Source: Clostridia bacterium
Lineage (GTDB): Bacteria > Bacillota > Clostridia > Oscillospirales > CAG-272
DNA length: 64,000 nt
Direction: 5' to 3'
Assembly (NCBI GenBank): GCA_017466685.1
Contig: JAFTTS010000065.1
Location: forward strand, 4,581 to 68,580
Shown: piece by piece, positions 1-8,500 of the stretch
Numbering within the stretch: position 1 is the stretch's first letter
How the letters are laid out: each line of letters starts with the position of its first letter
Program-made: the position numbers and the translations under genes
Notes under the pieces: model-generated
Database searches by the model: none
The model's input: only the letters and a program-made list of their open reading frames with translations
Told to the model about the DNA's origin: nothing

Positions 1-1026
1 GCGATAAAAAAGGAGCTTCGACGCGGCGGACAGGTCTTCTTCCTGCATAATACCGTTGATGACATTGACGCGGTTGCACTGCGAATACAGCGTGCCGTAC
101 CCGATGCGCGTATAGCTGTGGCTCACGGTCAGATGGACAAGGAGATGCTTTCGGATATCTGGCGCGGAATGGTTACGGGTGAGATCGATATTCTCGTTTC
201 AACGACCATTATTGAATCGGGTGTTGACGTTCCAAATGCAAACACTTTGATCATCGACCATGCTGACAGGCTCGGTCTTTCACAGCTTCATCAGATACGC
301 GGCAGAGTCGGACGTTCAAGCCGTCGTGCCTATGCTTATTTCACATATCCGCCGTTCAAGACTCTCAACGAGATCGCACAGAAGCGTCTTTCCGCGATGC
401 GTGAATATACCGAGTTCGGTTCGGGCTTCAAGATTGCGCTTCGTGACCTTGAAATACGCGGTGCAGGTAATCTTCTCGGTTCGGAACAGCATGGGCAGCT
501 CGATTCGATCGGTTATGATCTTTACGTCAAGATACTGAACGAAGCAGTGCTCGAGGAAAAGGGTATCAAGCCCGAGCCGAAGTTTGAGAGTAAAATTGAC
601 GTTGCGCTCGATGCGTTCCTGCCCGAAAAATATATCAAGAGCGAATCGCAGAGAATGGATATTTACAAAAAGATCGCGCATATTGAGTGTACGGAGGACC
701 TTGATGACCTTGCCGACGAGCTGATGGACCGTTTCGGCGAGATACCGCGTCAAGCAGATACGCTGATGTACGTTTCGCTGGCACGTGCACTCTGTGTTAA
801 GGCGCGTATACCCAAGATCGAACACCACGGCGACACGATAACCATCCTGCCCGAGCAGATTGATCCGATGCGATGGGCGAAGGCGAGTGCTGATACGAAT
901 GTTCAGCTTACGTTCAGAATGTCGGGCAGACCGTCGATCAACTATAAGATCAAAAGCTCACGTCCGCTTTACGACATTTGTGAGGTTTTAAAGCATTACA
1001 TTTTGGCGGATGATACAGCCAAGTGA
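1..1026 (+). CDS. mfd: Transcription-repair coupling factor Mfd, C-terminal part (5' end lies outside the window)
   Basis: Frame 1 is open from base 1 (AIKKELRRGGQVFFLHN...). Helicase C-terminal motifs ILVSTTIIESGVDVPNANT and QLHQIRGRVGRS are followed by a TRCF-type C-terminal region. Confidence 0.9.
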   Translation, partial: AIKKELRRGGQVFFLHNTVDDIDAVALRIQRAVPDARIAVAHGQMDKEMLSDIWRGMVTGEIDILVSTTIIESGVDVPNANTLIIDHADRLGLSQLHQIRGRVGRSSRRAYAYFTYPPFKTLNEIAQKRLSAMREYTEFGSGFKIALRDLEIRGAGNLLGSEQHGQLDSIGYDLYVKILNEAVLEEKGIKPEPKFESKIDVALDAFLPEKYIKSESQRMDIYKKIAHIECTEDLDDLADELMDRFGEIPRQADTLMYVSLARALCVKARIPKIEHHGDTITILPEQIDPMRWAKASADTNVQLTFRMSGRPSINYKIKSSRPLYDICEVLKHYILADDTAK

Positions 1027-1192
1027 TGTGGAAAACTCTGTTGAAAACCCGCAAAAGCTGTGGAAAAAGTCAGGTTTCACCGTGGAATTCGACATGATTT
1101 GGCAGAAAATGGGCATAAAACTCATAAATGGCTCACGTATTGCATAATGAGCGAAAATCTCAAATATATGCGGATTTTGATTAAAAACAGTA

Positions 1193-1221
1193 TTGAAATA
1201 ATATCGGCTGTGTGGTATAAT
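1193..1221 (+). promoter_or_regulatory. Sigma-A-type promoter upstream of the GH13 gene
   Basis: TTGAAA (1193..1198), 17-nt spacer ending in TGG (extended -10), TATAAT (1216..1221). Confidence 0.6.
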
Positions 1222-1272
1222 TGAAGATATACAGTATAGTTTGGTAAGATATCGTTATGTAAGGTGATTATT

Positions 1273-2817
1273 ATGAAAAATTGGCTTAACGATGCTGTGG
1301 TATATGAAATATATCCGCAGTCATTCTATGATACTAACGGTGATGGAATCGGTGATCTGCAAGGAATCATCGAAAAGCTTAATTATATTGAGTCGCTTGG
1401 ATTCACTGCGATCTGGTTGAATCCGATAAACCCCAGCTCTTTTCGCGATGCCGGCTATGATGTGACAGATTTTTACGGCGTTGATCCGCGGTACGGAACG
1501 GTCGATGACTACAAGGCTCTGTGCGATGCGGCACATTCACGCGGAATGAAGGTCATATTTGATTTAGTTGCCGGACACACCTCAATTGATCATCCGTGGT
1601 TTATTGAATCGGCTAAGGACGAAAAGAACGAATATACAAATCGCTATATATGGACTGACGACACCTTCGATAATTCGGAGGGAATTGCAGGATACGGTCA
1701 GCGAAACGGAAATTTTATCAAAAACTTTTTCTGGTCACAGCCGGCACTGAATTACGGCTTTGCAAATCCGGATCCTGATAAGCCGTGGCAATTGCCGGTA
1801 ACTCATCCGGACTGCGTAGCCACGAAAAATGAACTGAAGCGGATTATTGATTTTTGGATCGATCTCGGAACAGATGCTTTCCGTGTGGATATGGCGCAGT
1901 CGCTTATAAAGGGTGATAAGGAAGGAACATATTTAAAAGCCTTCTGGAATGAAATTCGCACCCACATGGAGAATAAAAATCCAAACTGTCTTTTAATTTC
2001 GGAATGGGGACTTCCGACAAAGGCAATAAATTCGGGCTTCCATCTTGATTTTTTGCTTCATAGTATGATATCGGCATATACGTCTCTGTTCAGATATGAA
2101 AAGGGCAGAAACACAACGAGACGGTTTGTCGGTCACAGTTACTTCAATAAAGACGGAAAAGGAAATATAAATGAATACCTTGACCGTTTCCTTTATGACC
2201 TTGAAAATATAAATGGCAAGGGTTATATAGGACACATCACAGGCAATCACGATATGCAGAGACTTGCATACGGAAGAACGCCTGATGAGGTAAAGGTTGC
2301 GATGACATTCCTCTTTACGATGCCGGGTGTACCGGTTGTTTATTACGGTGATGAAATCGGAATGGATTATATAGAGGGTCTGCCGTCGAAAGAGGGCGGC
2401 TATAACCGTACCGGCTCACGAACACCCATGCAGTGGAATGATAAAAAGAACCATGGATTTTCAGAGAGTGACACCCCATATCTGCCAACAGACAATCGCG
2501 AGGGTGCTCCGACGGTTGAGAGTCAGGAAAAAGACAATGAGTCGCTGCTCTCGCTTGTTAAAGAATTGATCAAGCTGCATAGATCAAATCCGGCACTTTG
2601 GGCAGAAGCGGGATTTAAGGTTATTTCGGCGGGATATCCCTTTATATTTGAACGCTTTGACGGAGATAAAAAGCTGCTTATAGCCATTAACCCGTCCGAT
2701 AAGAATTATAAATGTGATGTTCCTGTGTTTGATAAGGTTGTGCTCAGCCAAAATGCAAAGGCAGAAAATGGTCGGCTCGATATGGGCGGAGTCAGCTTTA
2801 TCATAGCAGAAATATAA
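1273..2817 (+). CDS. GH13 alpha-glucosidase / oligo-1,6-glucosidase-like enzyme
   Basis: N-terminus YEIYPQSFYDTNGDGIGDLQG. GH13 catalytic regions DAFRVDMAQ, ISEWG and GNHDMQR. AAGGTG RBS lies 6 nt before ATG 1273 (the ORF opens at GTG 1264). Confidence 0.85.
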   Translation: MKNWLNDAVVYEIYPQSFYDTNGDGIGDLQGIIEKLNYIESLGFTAIWLNPINPSSFRDAGYDVTDFYGVDPRYGTVDDYKALCDAAHSRGMKVIFDLVAGHTSIDHPWFIESAKDEKNEYTNRYIWTDDTFDNSEGIAGYGQRNGNFIKNFFWSQPALNYGFANPDPDKPWQLPVTHPDCVATKNELKRIIDFWIDLGTDAFRVDMAQSLIKGDKEGTYLKAFWNEIRTHMENKNPNCLLISEWGLPTKAINSGFHLDFLLHSMISAYTSLFRYEKGRNTTRRFVGHSYFNKDGKGNINEYLDRFLYDLENINGKGYIGHITGNHDMQRLAYGRTPDEVKVAMTFLFTMPGVPVVYYGDEIGMDYIEGLPSKEGGYNRTGSRTPMQWNDKKNHGFSESDTPYLPTDNREGAPTVESQEKDNESLLSLVKELIKLHRSNPALWAEAGFKVISAGYPFIFERFDGDKKLLIAINPSDKNYKCDVPVFDKVVLSQNAKAENGRLDMGGVSFIIAEI

Positions 2818-2852
2818 AATACAATAAATTTAATATGTAAGGAGAATCTATT

Positions 2853-3884
2853 ATGAAAAACACATTCGTTTCTTTCGGCGAAATTATGCTTCGTCTGAAA
2901 TCCCCGGGTTATGACCGTCTTTTCCAGTCGCCCACTCTTGAGGCAACCTTCGGTGGCGGTGAGGCTAACGTCGCTGTTTCGCTCGCAAATTACGGTCTTG
3001 ACGCGAAGTTCGTAACCGCTCTTCCCGATAACGATGTCGGAACAGCTTGTCTTCGCGAGATCATGAAGTATGGTGTTGACGTTTCCGATATTCAGAGAAC
3101 CAAGGGCAGAATGGGTATCTATTTCCTCGAAACAGGTGCTTGTCAGCGTCCTTCAAAGGTAATTTACGACCGTGCCGATTCGTCCTTTGCAAACATCAAG
3201 GAGGGTGACTTTGACTGGAAGGCTATTCTTGCAGATGCAAAGTGGTTCCATGTAACCGGTATCACTCCCGCTGTTTCGCAGAGCATCGCAGACGAAGCTA
3301 TCCGTGCACTCAAGGTGGCAAAGGAACTGGGCGTTACCACTTCTATCGACCTTAACTACCGCGCAAAGCTCTGGAAGTACGGTAAGCGTGCCGATGAGGT
3401 TATGCCCGAGCTTACAAAGTATATCGACGTTGTTATCGCAAACGAGGAGGACTGCCAGAAGGCTCTCGGTATCTCCTCCGACAACAAGCCCGAGCTCGGC
3501 GAGATCAACCTCGACTGCTACAAGGAAATCACCGAAAAGGTATTTAAGCTTTATCCCAACGTAAAGACTGTTGCGATCACACTTCGTGAATCCAAGAGCG
3601 CAAACCGCAACCTTTGGTCTGCCTGCATCAACGACGGCAAGGAGTTCTATCACAGCCGCACATATGATATCACCGATATCGTTGACCGTGTTGGCGGCGG
3701 AGACTCTTTCGCAGGCGGTCTTATCTACGGTCTTGCAACAAAGCCCGATGCAAAGGCGGCACTTGAATTTGCTGTCGGTGCATCCTGCCTCAAGCATACG
3801 ATCAACGGTGACCTTAACCTCGTCAGTGTTGACGAAGTTGAAAAGCTCATCGGCGGCGACGGTACAGGTCGTATCGCAAGATAA
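2853..3884 (+). CDS. kdgK: 2-dehydro-3-deoxygluconokinase (PfkB family)
   Basis: FGEIMLRLKSPGYDRL...FGGGEANVAVSLANYG N-terminus and a GGGDSFAGGLIYG ATP-site motif. GGAG RBS. Confidence 0.8.
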   Translation: MKNTFVSFGEIMLRLKSPGYDRLFQSPTLEATFGGGEANVAVSLANYGLDAKFVTALPDNDVGTACLREIMKYGVDVSDIQRTKGRMGIYFLETGACQRPSKVIYDRADSSFANIKEGDFDWKAILADAKWFHVTGITPAVSQSIADEAIRALKVAKELGVTTSIDLNYRAKLWKYGKRADEVMPELTKYIDVVIANEEDCQKALGISSDNKPELGEINLDCYKEITEKVFKLYPNVKTVAITLRESKSANRNLWSACINDGKEFYHSRTYDITDIVDRVGGGDSFAGGLIYGLATKPDAKAALEFAVGASCLKHTINGDLNLVSVDEVEKLIGGDGTGRIAR

Positions 3885-3888
3885 CAGC

Positions 3889-3940
3889 AAAATAAAAAAA
3901 TCGGGGCTGCTCACTTTACTGTTGGGCAGTCCCTTTTTTG
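3889..3940. terminator. Bidirectional rho-independent terminator (kdgK / foldase lipoprotein)
   Basis: A-tract, stem GGGGCTGC/GCAGTCCC (one G-U pair), T-tract. Confidence 0.7.
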
Positions 3941-3948
3941 TGCTCTTA

Positions 3949-5055
3949 TCAATAATAGTAAAAATTCGGAGTGCAGGAAGCGAGCGTGTATTTCGACATG
4001 AGCTCTTCATCAATGACAACTTCCTCTGAATATGCGCTGAGCTGCTCCTGCATTCTTTGCGATATCAGAAGCTCGGAAAGACTTCCGCCGAACATTGCCG
4101 CGGCATATTCTTCCTTGTTGTAGCCTTCGTCTATAAGCTCGTAACGCTTGATGAGATACCATCCGTTGGCAGTTTCAAGTCTTGCCGTTTCTCCGATCTC
4201 GAGTCCTGCGACGGTGTCTGTCACGGTGCTTTCGACGAATGTACTTGTTGAGGTGACATAGTAACCGTCCTCAAAGCGCATCATTCCCGTGTCCATTGTA
4301 TATTCAGCCACGAGAGAATCAAAGTCCTCGCCTGCATTGACGCGTTCCTCGAGCTCATCGAAAAACTCCTTCTTTGCGGCGACCTCTTCCTCTGTAAGCT
4401 CATGTGTCTTTATGTTGCCGTCCTCGTTTTTGATATATTCACCGTTTTCATCGCGTTCGTAATCAACCGTTTTGCTGATGAAAATAAACTTTGTACGGCC
4501 GTAATTTGCGTTGTAATATTCGTCAAGCTCTTCCTTGGTTACGGTGTTGATGCCGTTTTCACCGTAAAGATAATCCTGAACCTTTTCAATCTTTAAGTTG
4601 TTCAGTCTGACCTTGCGCAGAGTTTCGACGTTTGCTCCAAATTCCGAAAGTGCGGAATTGAGCTTGGCTTTGTTTCCGACCTTTTCGATAAGCGAATCGA
4701 TTGCATCGTCAACTGCGGCTGTTTCCTCGGCGGTCAGTGAAAGTCCGTATTCATCAAAAAGCTCGACATATATCGCAGTTGACATCATACTGCTGAGCGT
4801 TAATGCCGTGAGATAATCGTTAACGGTTACGCCCTCGGAGATCTCGCTTGTCCAGACAGCCGCGTTATCCTCGGTGAGTCCGTAATAGGAATAGAGATAC
4901 ATACCTTTATAATAGCTCATCAGAAATGAATACTCATACTCGTCAATCACGGTGTCACGGAAGGTTATTGCGCTCTTTGCTTCCTTAGCGCATGAGGTGA
5001 CGCCAAGTATCATTATAAGCGCAAGAAGAAACGCGGCGAATCGCTTTTTCATCAT
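3949..5055 (-). CDS. PrsA/PpiC-like foldase lipoprotein (parvulin-type domain appears degenerate)
   Basis: Lipoprotein signal MMKKRFAAFLLALIMILGVTSC. C-terminal segment NAGEDFDSLVAEYTMDTG...GWYLIKRYE resembles a parvulin PPIase. Confidence 0.55.
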   Translation of the reverse strand: MMKKRFAAFLLALIMILGVTSCAKEAKSAITFRDTVIDEYEYSFLMSYYKGMYLYSYYGLTEDNAAVWTSEISEGVTVNDYLTALTLSSMMSTAIYVELFDEYGLSLTAEETAAVDDAIDSLIEKVGNKAKLNSALSEFGANVETLRKVRLNNLKIEKVQDYLYGENGINTVTKEELDEYYNANYGRTKFIFISKTVDYERDENGEYIKNEDGNIKTHELTEEEVAAKKEFFDELEERVNAGEDFDSLVAEYTMDTGMMRFEDGYYVTSTSTFVESTVTDTVAGLEIGETARLETANGWYLIKRYELIDEGYNKEEYAAAMFGGSLSELLISQRMQEQLSAYSEEVVIDEELMSKYTLASCTPNFYYY

Positions 5056-5076
5056 AAGTAACTCTCCTTAATCAAA

Positions 5077-6171
5077 TTACACGTTGAATCTGAACAGTAC
5101 AACATCACCGTCTGCGATGACGTATTCTTTACCCTCGCTTCGTACAAGTCCCTTTTCCTTTGCTGCCGCCATTGTTCCGCACGCCATGAGGTCGTCATAT
5201 GCGATGATCTCGGCTCTGATAAATCCGCGCTCGAAATCCGAGTGGATCTTACCTGCCGCCTGTGGTGCTTTTGTGCCCTTTGTGATAGTCCATGCGCGGA
5301 CCTCCTTGGGACCTGCTGTCAGATAGGAAATGAGACCGAGCAGGGTATAGCTTGCCTTGATAAGACGGTCAAGTCCGCTTTCCGCGATACCGAGATCGGC
5401 GAGAAATTCTGCACGTTCATCGCCCTCAAGCTGTGCGATCTCTGCTTCGATTCCCGCGCAGATGGGCATGATCTGTGCCTTTTCGCTCTCGGCATACTCG
5501 GCGAGCTTCTGAAAGCCTGCGTTACCGCTCATATCGCTTCCGATCTCATCCTCGGCGATGTTTGCCGCGTAAATGACAGGCTTCATCGAGAGAAGGTGAC
5601 AGTCGTTCATTATAACAAGCTCGTCCTCGTTATAATCGAGGGAACGTGCACATTTTCCGTCGCCGAGAGCCGCGAGTACACGCTCAAGCAGTTCAAGCTC
5701 GGCAGCGAGGGATTTGTCACCCTTCATCGCCTTTTTAACGCGGTCGATACGGCGCTCGATCATCTCGATATCGGAGAAGATAAGCTCCATGTTGATGGTT
5801 TCAAGGTCACGCATGGGATCAATGCTTCCGTCAACGTGGATGATGTTGGAATCCTCAAAGCAGCGTACAACGTGGATTATAGCGTCACATTCGCGGATGT
5901 GCGATAAGAACTTATTACCGAGTCCCTCGCCCTTGGACGCACCCTTTACAAGACCTGCGATGTCAACAAATTCGATGACTGCCGGAGTATATTTTTCGGG
6001 GTTATACATTTCCGCGAGCTTATCGAGACGTGCATCTGGAACTGCGACGACACCGACGTTCGGGTCAATGGTGCAGAAGGGGTAGTTTGCAGACTCCGCA
6101 CCTGCGTTTGTGATAGCATTGAAAAGTGTACTTTTGCCGACGTTCGGCAGACCTACTATACCAAGTTTCAT
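5077..6171 (-). CDS. ychF: Ribosome-binding ATPase YchF
   Basis: MKLGIVGLPNVGKSTLFNAIT...ANYPFCTIDPNVG and the C-terminal TGS-like HSDFERGFIRAE motif. Confidence 0.95.
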   Translation of the reverse strand: MKLGIVGLPNVGKSTLFNAITNAGAESANYPFCTIDPNVGVVAVPDARLDKLAEMYNPEKYTPAVIEFVDIAGLVKGASKGEGLGNKFLSHIRECDAIIHVVRCFEDSNIIHVDGSIDPMRDLETINMELIFSDIEMIERRIDRVKKAMKGDKSLAAELELLERVLAALGDGKCARSLDYNEDELVIMNDCHLLSMKPVIYAANIAEDEIGSDMSGNAGFQKLAEYAESEKAQIMPICAGIEAEIAQLEGDERAEFLADLGIAESGLDRLIKASYTLLGLISYLTAGPKEVRAWTITKGTKAPQAAGKIHSDFERGFIRAEIIAYDDLMACGTMAAAKEKGLVRSEGKEYVIADGDVVLFRFNV

Positions 6172-6517
6172 TTTAATAACAGCGACCGTATTAGCGTTCG
6201 CATCTCCTTGATCTTATTTGATTGTATAAAAATACATCTTATATTATATTACAAAACGGGACAAGAATCAAGGGTGTTTTCGAAAATTCTTTTTATTGTG
6301 AAATTTACGTCATTTACCTTGATAAAAATTGGTATAAAATTCATAAAATATTAAACACTTTTTGTCAGAAACGTGATATAATGAATTTGGTCAGATTTTT
6401 GACGAAATTAACAATTTGACGTCTTTGTGAAAATATGAACAAATAATTGTGCATATTGACACAAAAATGACAATATAACAGTACATGAAAAAATTCAGAG
6501 AAAGGATGTAATAAACT

Positions 6518-7207
6518 ATGGCAACAAAAATTCTTGTAGTTGATGACGACCTTAACATTTGTGACCTGCTTCGTCTCTATTTCGAAAACGAGGGCTATGA
6601 GGTCAAGACCGCCAACGACGGTGCAGAGGGTGTAAGCTTCTTTAAGATGTACGAGCCCGATCTCGTTCTTCTCGACATTATGCTTCCCAAAAAGGACGGC
6701 TGGCAGGTTTGCCGCGAGATCCGTGAGGTTTCCTCAAAGCCGATCATTATGCTCACTGCAAAGGGCGAGGTTTTCGATAAGGTTCTCGGACTTGAGCTCG
6801 GTGCAGACGATTTCATGGTAAAGCCCTTTGAAACCAAGGAGCTTTCCGCACGTGTCAAAGCGGTTCTTCGCCGTTACAGTGCACACGATAATCAGAACGA
6901 TGATGAGACCATCAAGTTTGACAATATCGAGATCAGCCGTCAGAAATATGAGCTCAAGTTAAACGGTAAATCGGTTGACATTCCTCCGAAGGAGCTCGAG
7001 CTTCTTTACTTCCTTGCAAGCAACTATAACCGCGTATTTACCCGCGATCAGCTTCTTGACAAGGTTTGGGGATTTGACTATCTCGGCGACTCGCGTACCG
7101 TTGACGTACACGTTAAGCGTCTGCGTGAGAAGCTTGAGGGCGTTTCCGATAAGTGGATACTCAAGACAGTTTGGGGCGTCGGATACAAGTTCGAGCTGCT
7201 TCAGTAA
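6518..7207 (+). CDS. OmpR/PhoB-family response regulator (no adjacent histidine kinase)
   Basis: Receiver domain ILVVDDD...DLVLLDIMLPKKDGW...LTAKG. Winged-helix C-terminus RTVDVHVKRLREKL...TVWGVGYKF. Confidence 0.9.
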   Translation: MATKILVVDDDLNICDLLRLYFENEGYEVKTANDGAEGVSFFKMYEPDLVLLDIMLPKKDGWQVCREIREVSSKPIIMLTAKGEVFDKVLGLELGADDFMVKPFETKELSARVKAVLRRYSAHDNQNDDETIKFDNIEISRQKYELKLNGKSVDIPPKELELLYFLASNYNRVFTRDQLLDKVWGFDYLGDSRTVDVHVKRLREKLEGVSDKWILKTVWGVGYKFELLQ

Positions 7208-7257
7208 TATCCTCATTCGACGTTGTATTGCCGACACACATTAATCATCGTAAAAAT

Positions 7258-7335
7258 CTGTAGGGGCGTATCACGATGCGCCCGATTCGAGCGGTGATGT
7301 TTGGATAGCGGGCGATTCGTGAATCTCCCCTACAA
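7258..7335. repeat. REP-like palindromic element, family B (inverted pair of TGTAGGGG..CGCCC units)
   Basis: Left unit is CTGTAGGGGCGTATCACGATGCGCCCGA. The reverse complement of the right unit is TTGTAGGGGAGATTCACGAATCGCCCGC. Each unit also folds on itself. Confidence 0.7.
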
Positions 7336-7477
7336 AATCCTGCGCCTGAATTGCGCGCCCGAAATTAGCATAAAAATAAAAGTACAGCAGATACCTCGCC
7401 GATAAAGCGTTGACTTTGCTGTACTTTTTCTGTTTTCCCTTTTGCGGAGAACATACAAATGGGCATATAAATTTTGA

Positions 7478-7864
7478 TCATTCGTTTTGGGACTGCATAT
7501 CCTGCTTGTGTAAGTGCTCTGCAATGGTGAGGATAAATTTTGCGCAGGTTGGATGGTGAGTGGGTGTTATATTGCCGAAATATTCGTATAATGTCCGTGT
7601 GCCGGCATATATGGCGCGTTCAACCGCACGGCGACAATTACGCTCGACACTTCCCACGGATGCGGCATGACAAAGCCTTGTGACCGTGGGATAGAGAGTT
7701 TTTGTGGCGTAAACGGTCAATTCGGGGTCATGATAAGCGAGAATTATTGCACAGCGCAGATATTCATATCCGTATGAGCTGGCACTGATTCCGAGCCGCA
7801 GGAGAATATCGGTGACGCGGATGCCGAGAGGGGTATCGACTGAATAAAATATTTCTTTCTTCAT
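7478..7864 (-). CDS. Stand-alone Spo0A C-terminal (DNA-binding) domain protein, no receiver domain
   Basis: LGISASSYGYEYLRCAIILAYHDPEL...LYPTVTR...VERNCRRAVERA aligns by eye with B. subtilis Spo0A-C (GVPAHIKGYLYLREAI..VY.D...LYPDIAK...VERAIRHAIEVA). ATGA overlap with the upstream gene. Confidence 0.8.
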   Translation of the reverse strand: MKKEIFYSVDTPLGIRVTDILLRLGISASSYGYEYLRCAIILAYHDPELTVYATKTLYPTVTRLCHAASVGSVERNCRRAVERAIYAGTRTLYEYFGNITPTHHPTCAKFILTIAEHLHKQDMQSQNE

Positions 7865-8277
7865 CTGGAATTACCGTTTGAGGCTTGGACGCTTATGAGC
7901 TGACAACGAAGCCGTTCTGACAGTATTGCAATGAATCGACGAGGGGGTATTACGCTTCTGTTCGACAGTGCACAGACAAAATATTCATCAAAAAGAGTCA
8001 GCCTGCCGGAACTTATTGCCATTTTGAGTGCCGTTCGCATATCGCGTTCAACGCAGGAAACGCTTGTTGAATATATGTCGGCGATCCTGCGGTAAAGTCC
8101 TGTTATTACGTTACGTATCGCTCCGGGATCTGCATAGACTATATTGATGGCAAGAGAAAAATATTTAAAGCCCTTGAGATGAGTTGGAATTCCAAGCTCA
8201 CTTATCAGAAGATCGATCAGCTCGTTAAGTCCGTCGTAAGAGGCAGAGGCTTCTGCGGTGTCTGTCTGAAGTGACAT
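7861..8277 (-). CDS. Stand-alone Spo0A C-terminal (DNA-binding) domain protein, no receiver domain
   Basis: ELGIPTHLKGFKYFSLAINIVYADPGAI...LYRRIADIY...VERDMRTALKMA...RRFIAILSERL matches the Spo0A-C pattern. AGGAG RBS before ATG 8277. Confidence 0.8.
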   Translation of the reverse strand: MSLQTDTAEASASYDGLNELIDLLISELGIPTHLKGFKYFSLAINIVYADPGAIRNVITGLYRRIADIYSTSVSCVERDMRTALKMAISSGRLTLFDEYFVCALSNRSVIPPRRFIAILSERLRCQLISVQASNGNSR

Positions 8278-8395
8278 TTATATACTCCTTGTCTTTGTTT
8301 TTGACCATATATATTATATCACAATCGGCATTATGTTTCAATTGGGAGTCCGCATGAATATTAACGGTTTAGTTTGGCGTCAATCGATACAATAA

Positions 8396-8412
8396 TCTCG
8401 AAATTTGTCGAA
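8396..8412 (+). promoter_or_regulatory. Tandem 0A-box-like pair (TCTCGAA / TGTCGAA, 10-bp offset)
   Basis: aTCTCGAAatTTGTCGAAaaa. The second box is a perfect 7-mer 0A core. It sits 15 bp upstream of the cysK -35, in the divergent region shared with the Spo0A-C genes. Confidence 0.45.
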
Positions 8413-8426
8413 AAAGTATTTCCGTA

Positions 8427-8455
8427 TTGACAATTCTTTATCTCGGTGATATAAT
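8427..8455 (+). promoter_or_regulatory. Consensus sigma-A promoter of cysK copy 1
   Basis: TTGACA (8427..8432), 17 nt, TATAAT (8450..8455). Confidence 0.7.
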
Positions 8456-8500
8456 AAAGTTACCATTTTGGAAAGGAAACCGCTTGACGGTATAATAATT

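Noticed and set aside
1027-1263. Replication origin, suggested by the DnaA-box-like cluster.
   Set aside because: No dnaA, dnaN or rpmH context is present. There are only four imperfect boxes, all in one orientation, and no obvious AT-rich unwinding element with the expected organisation.
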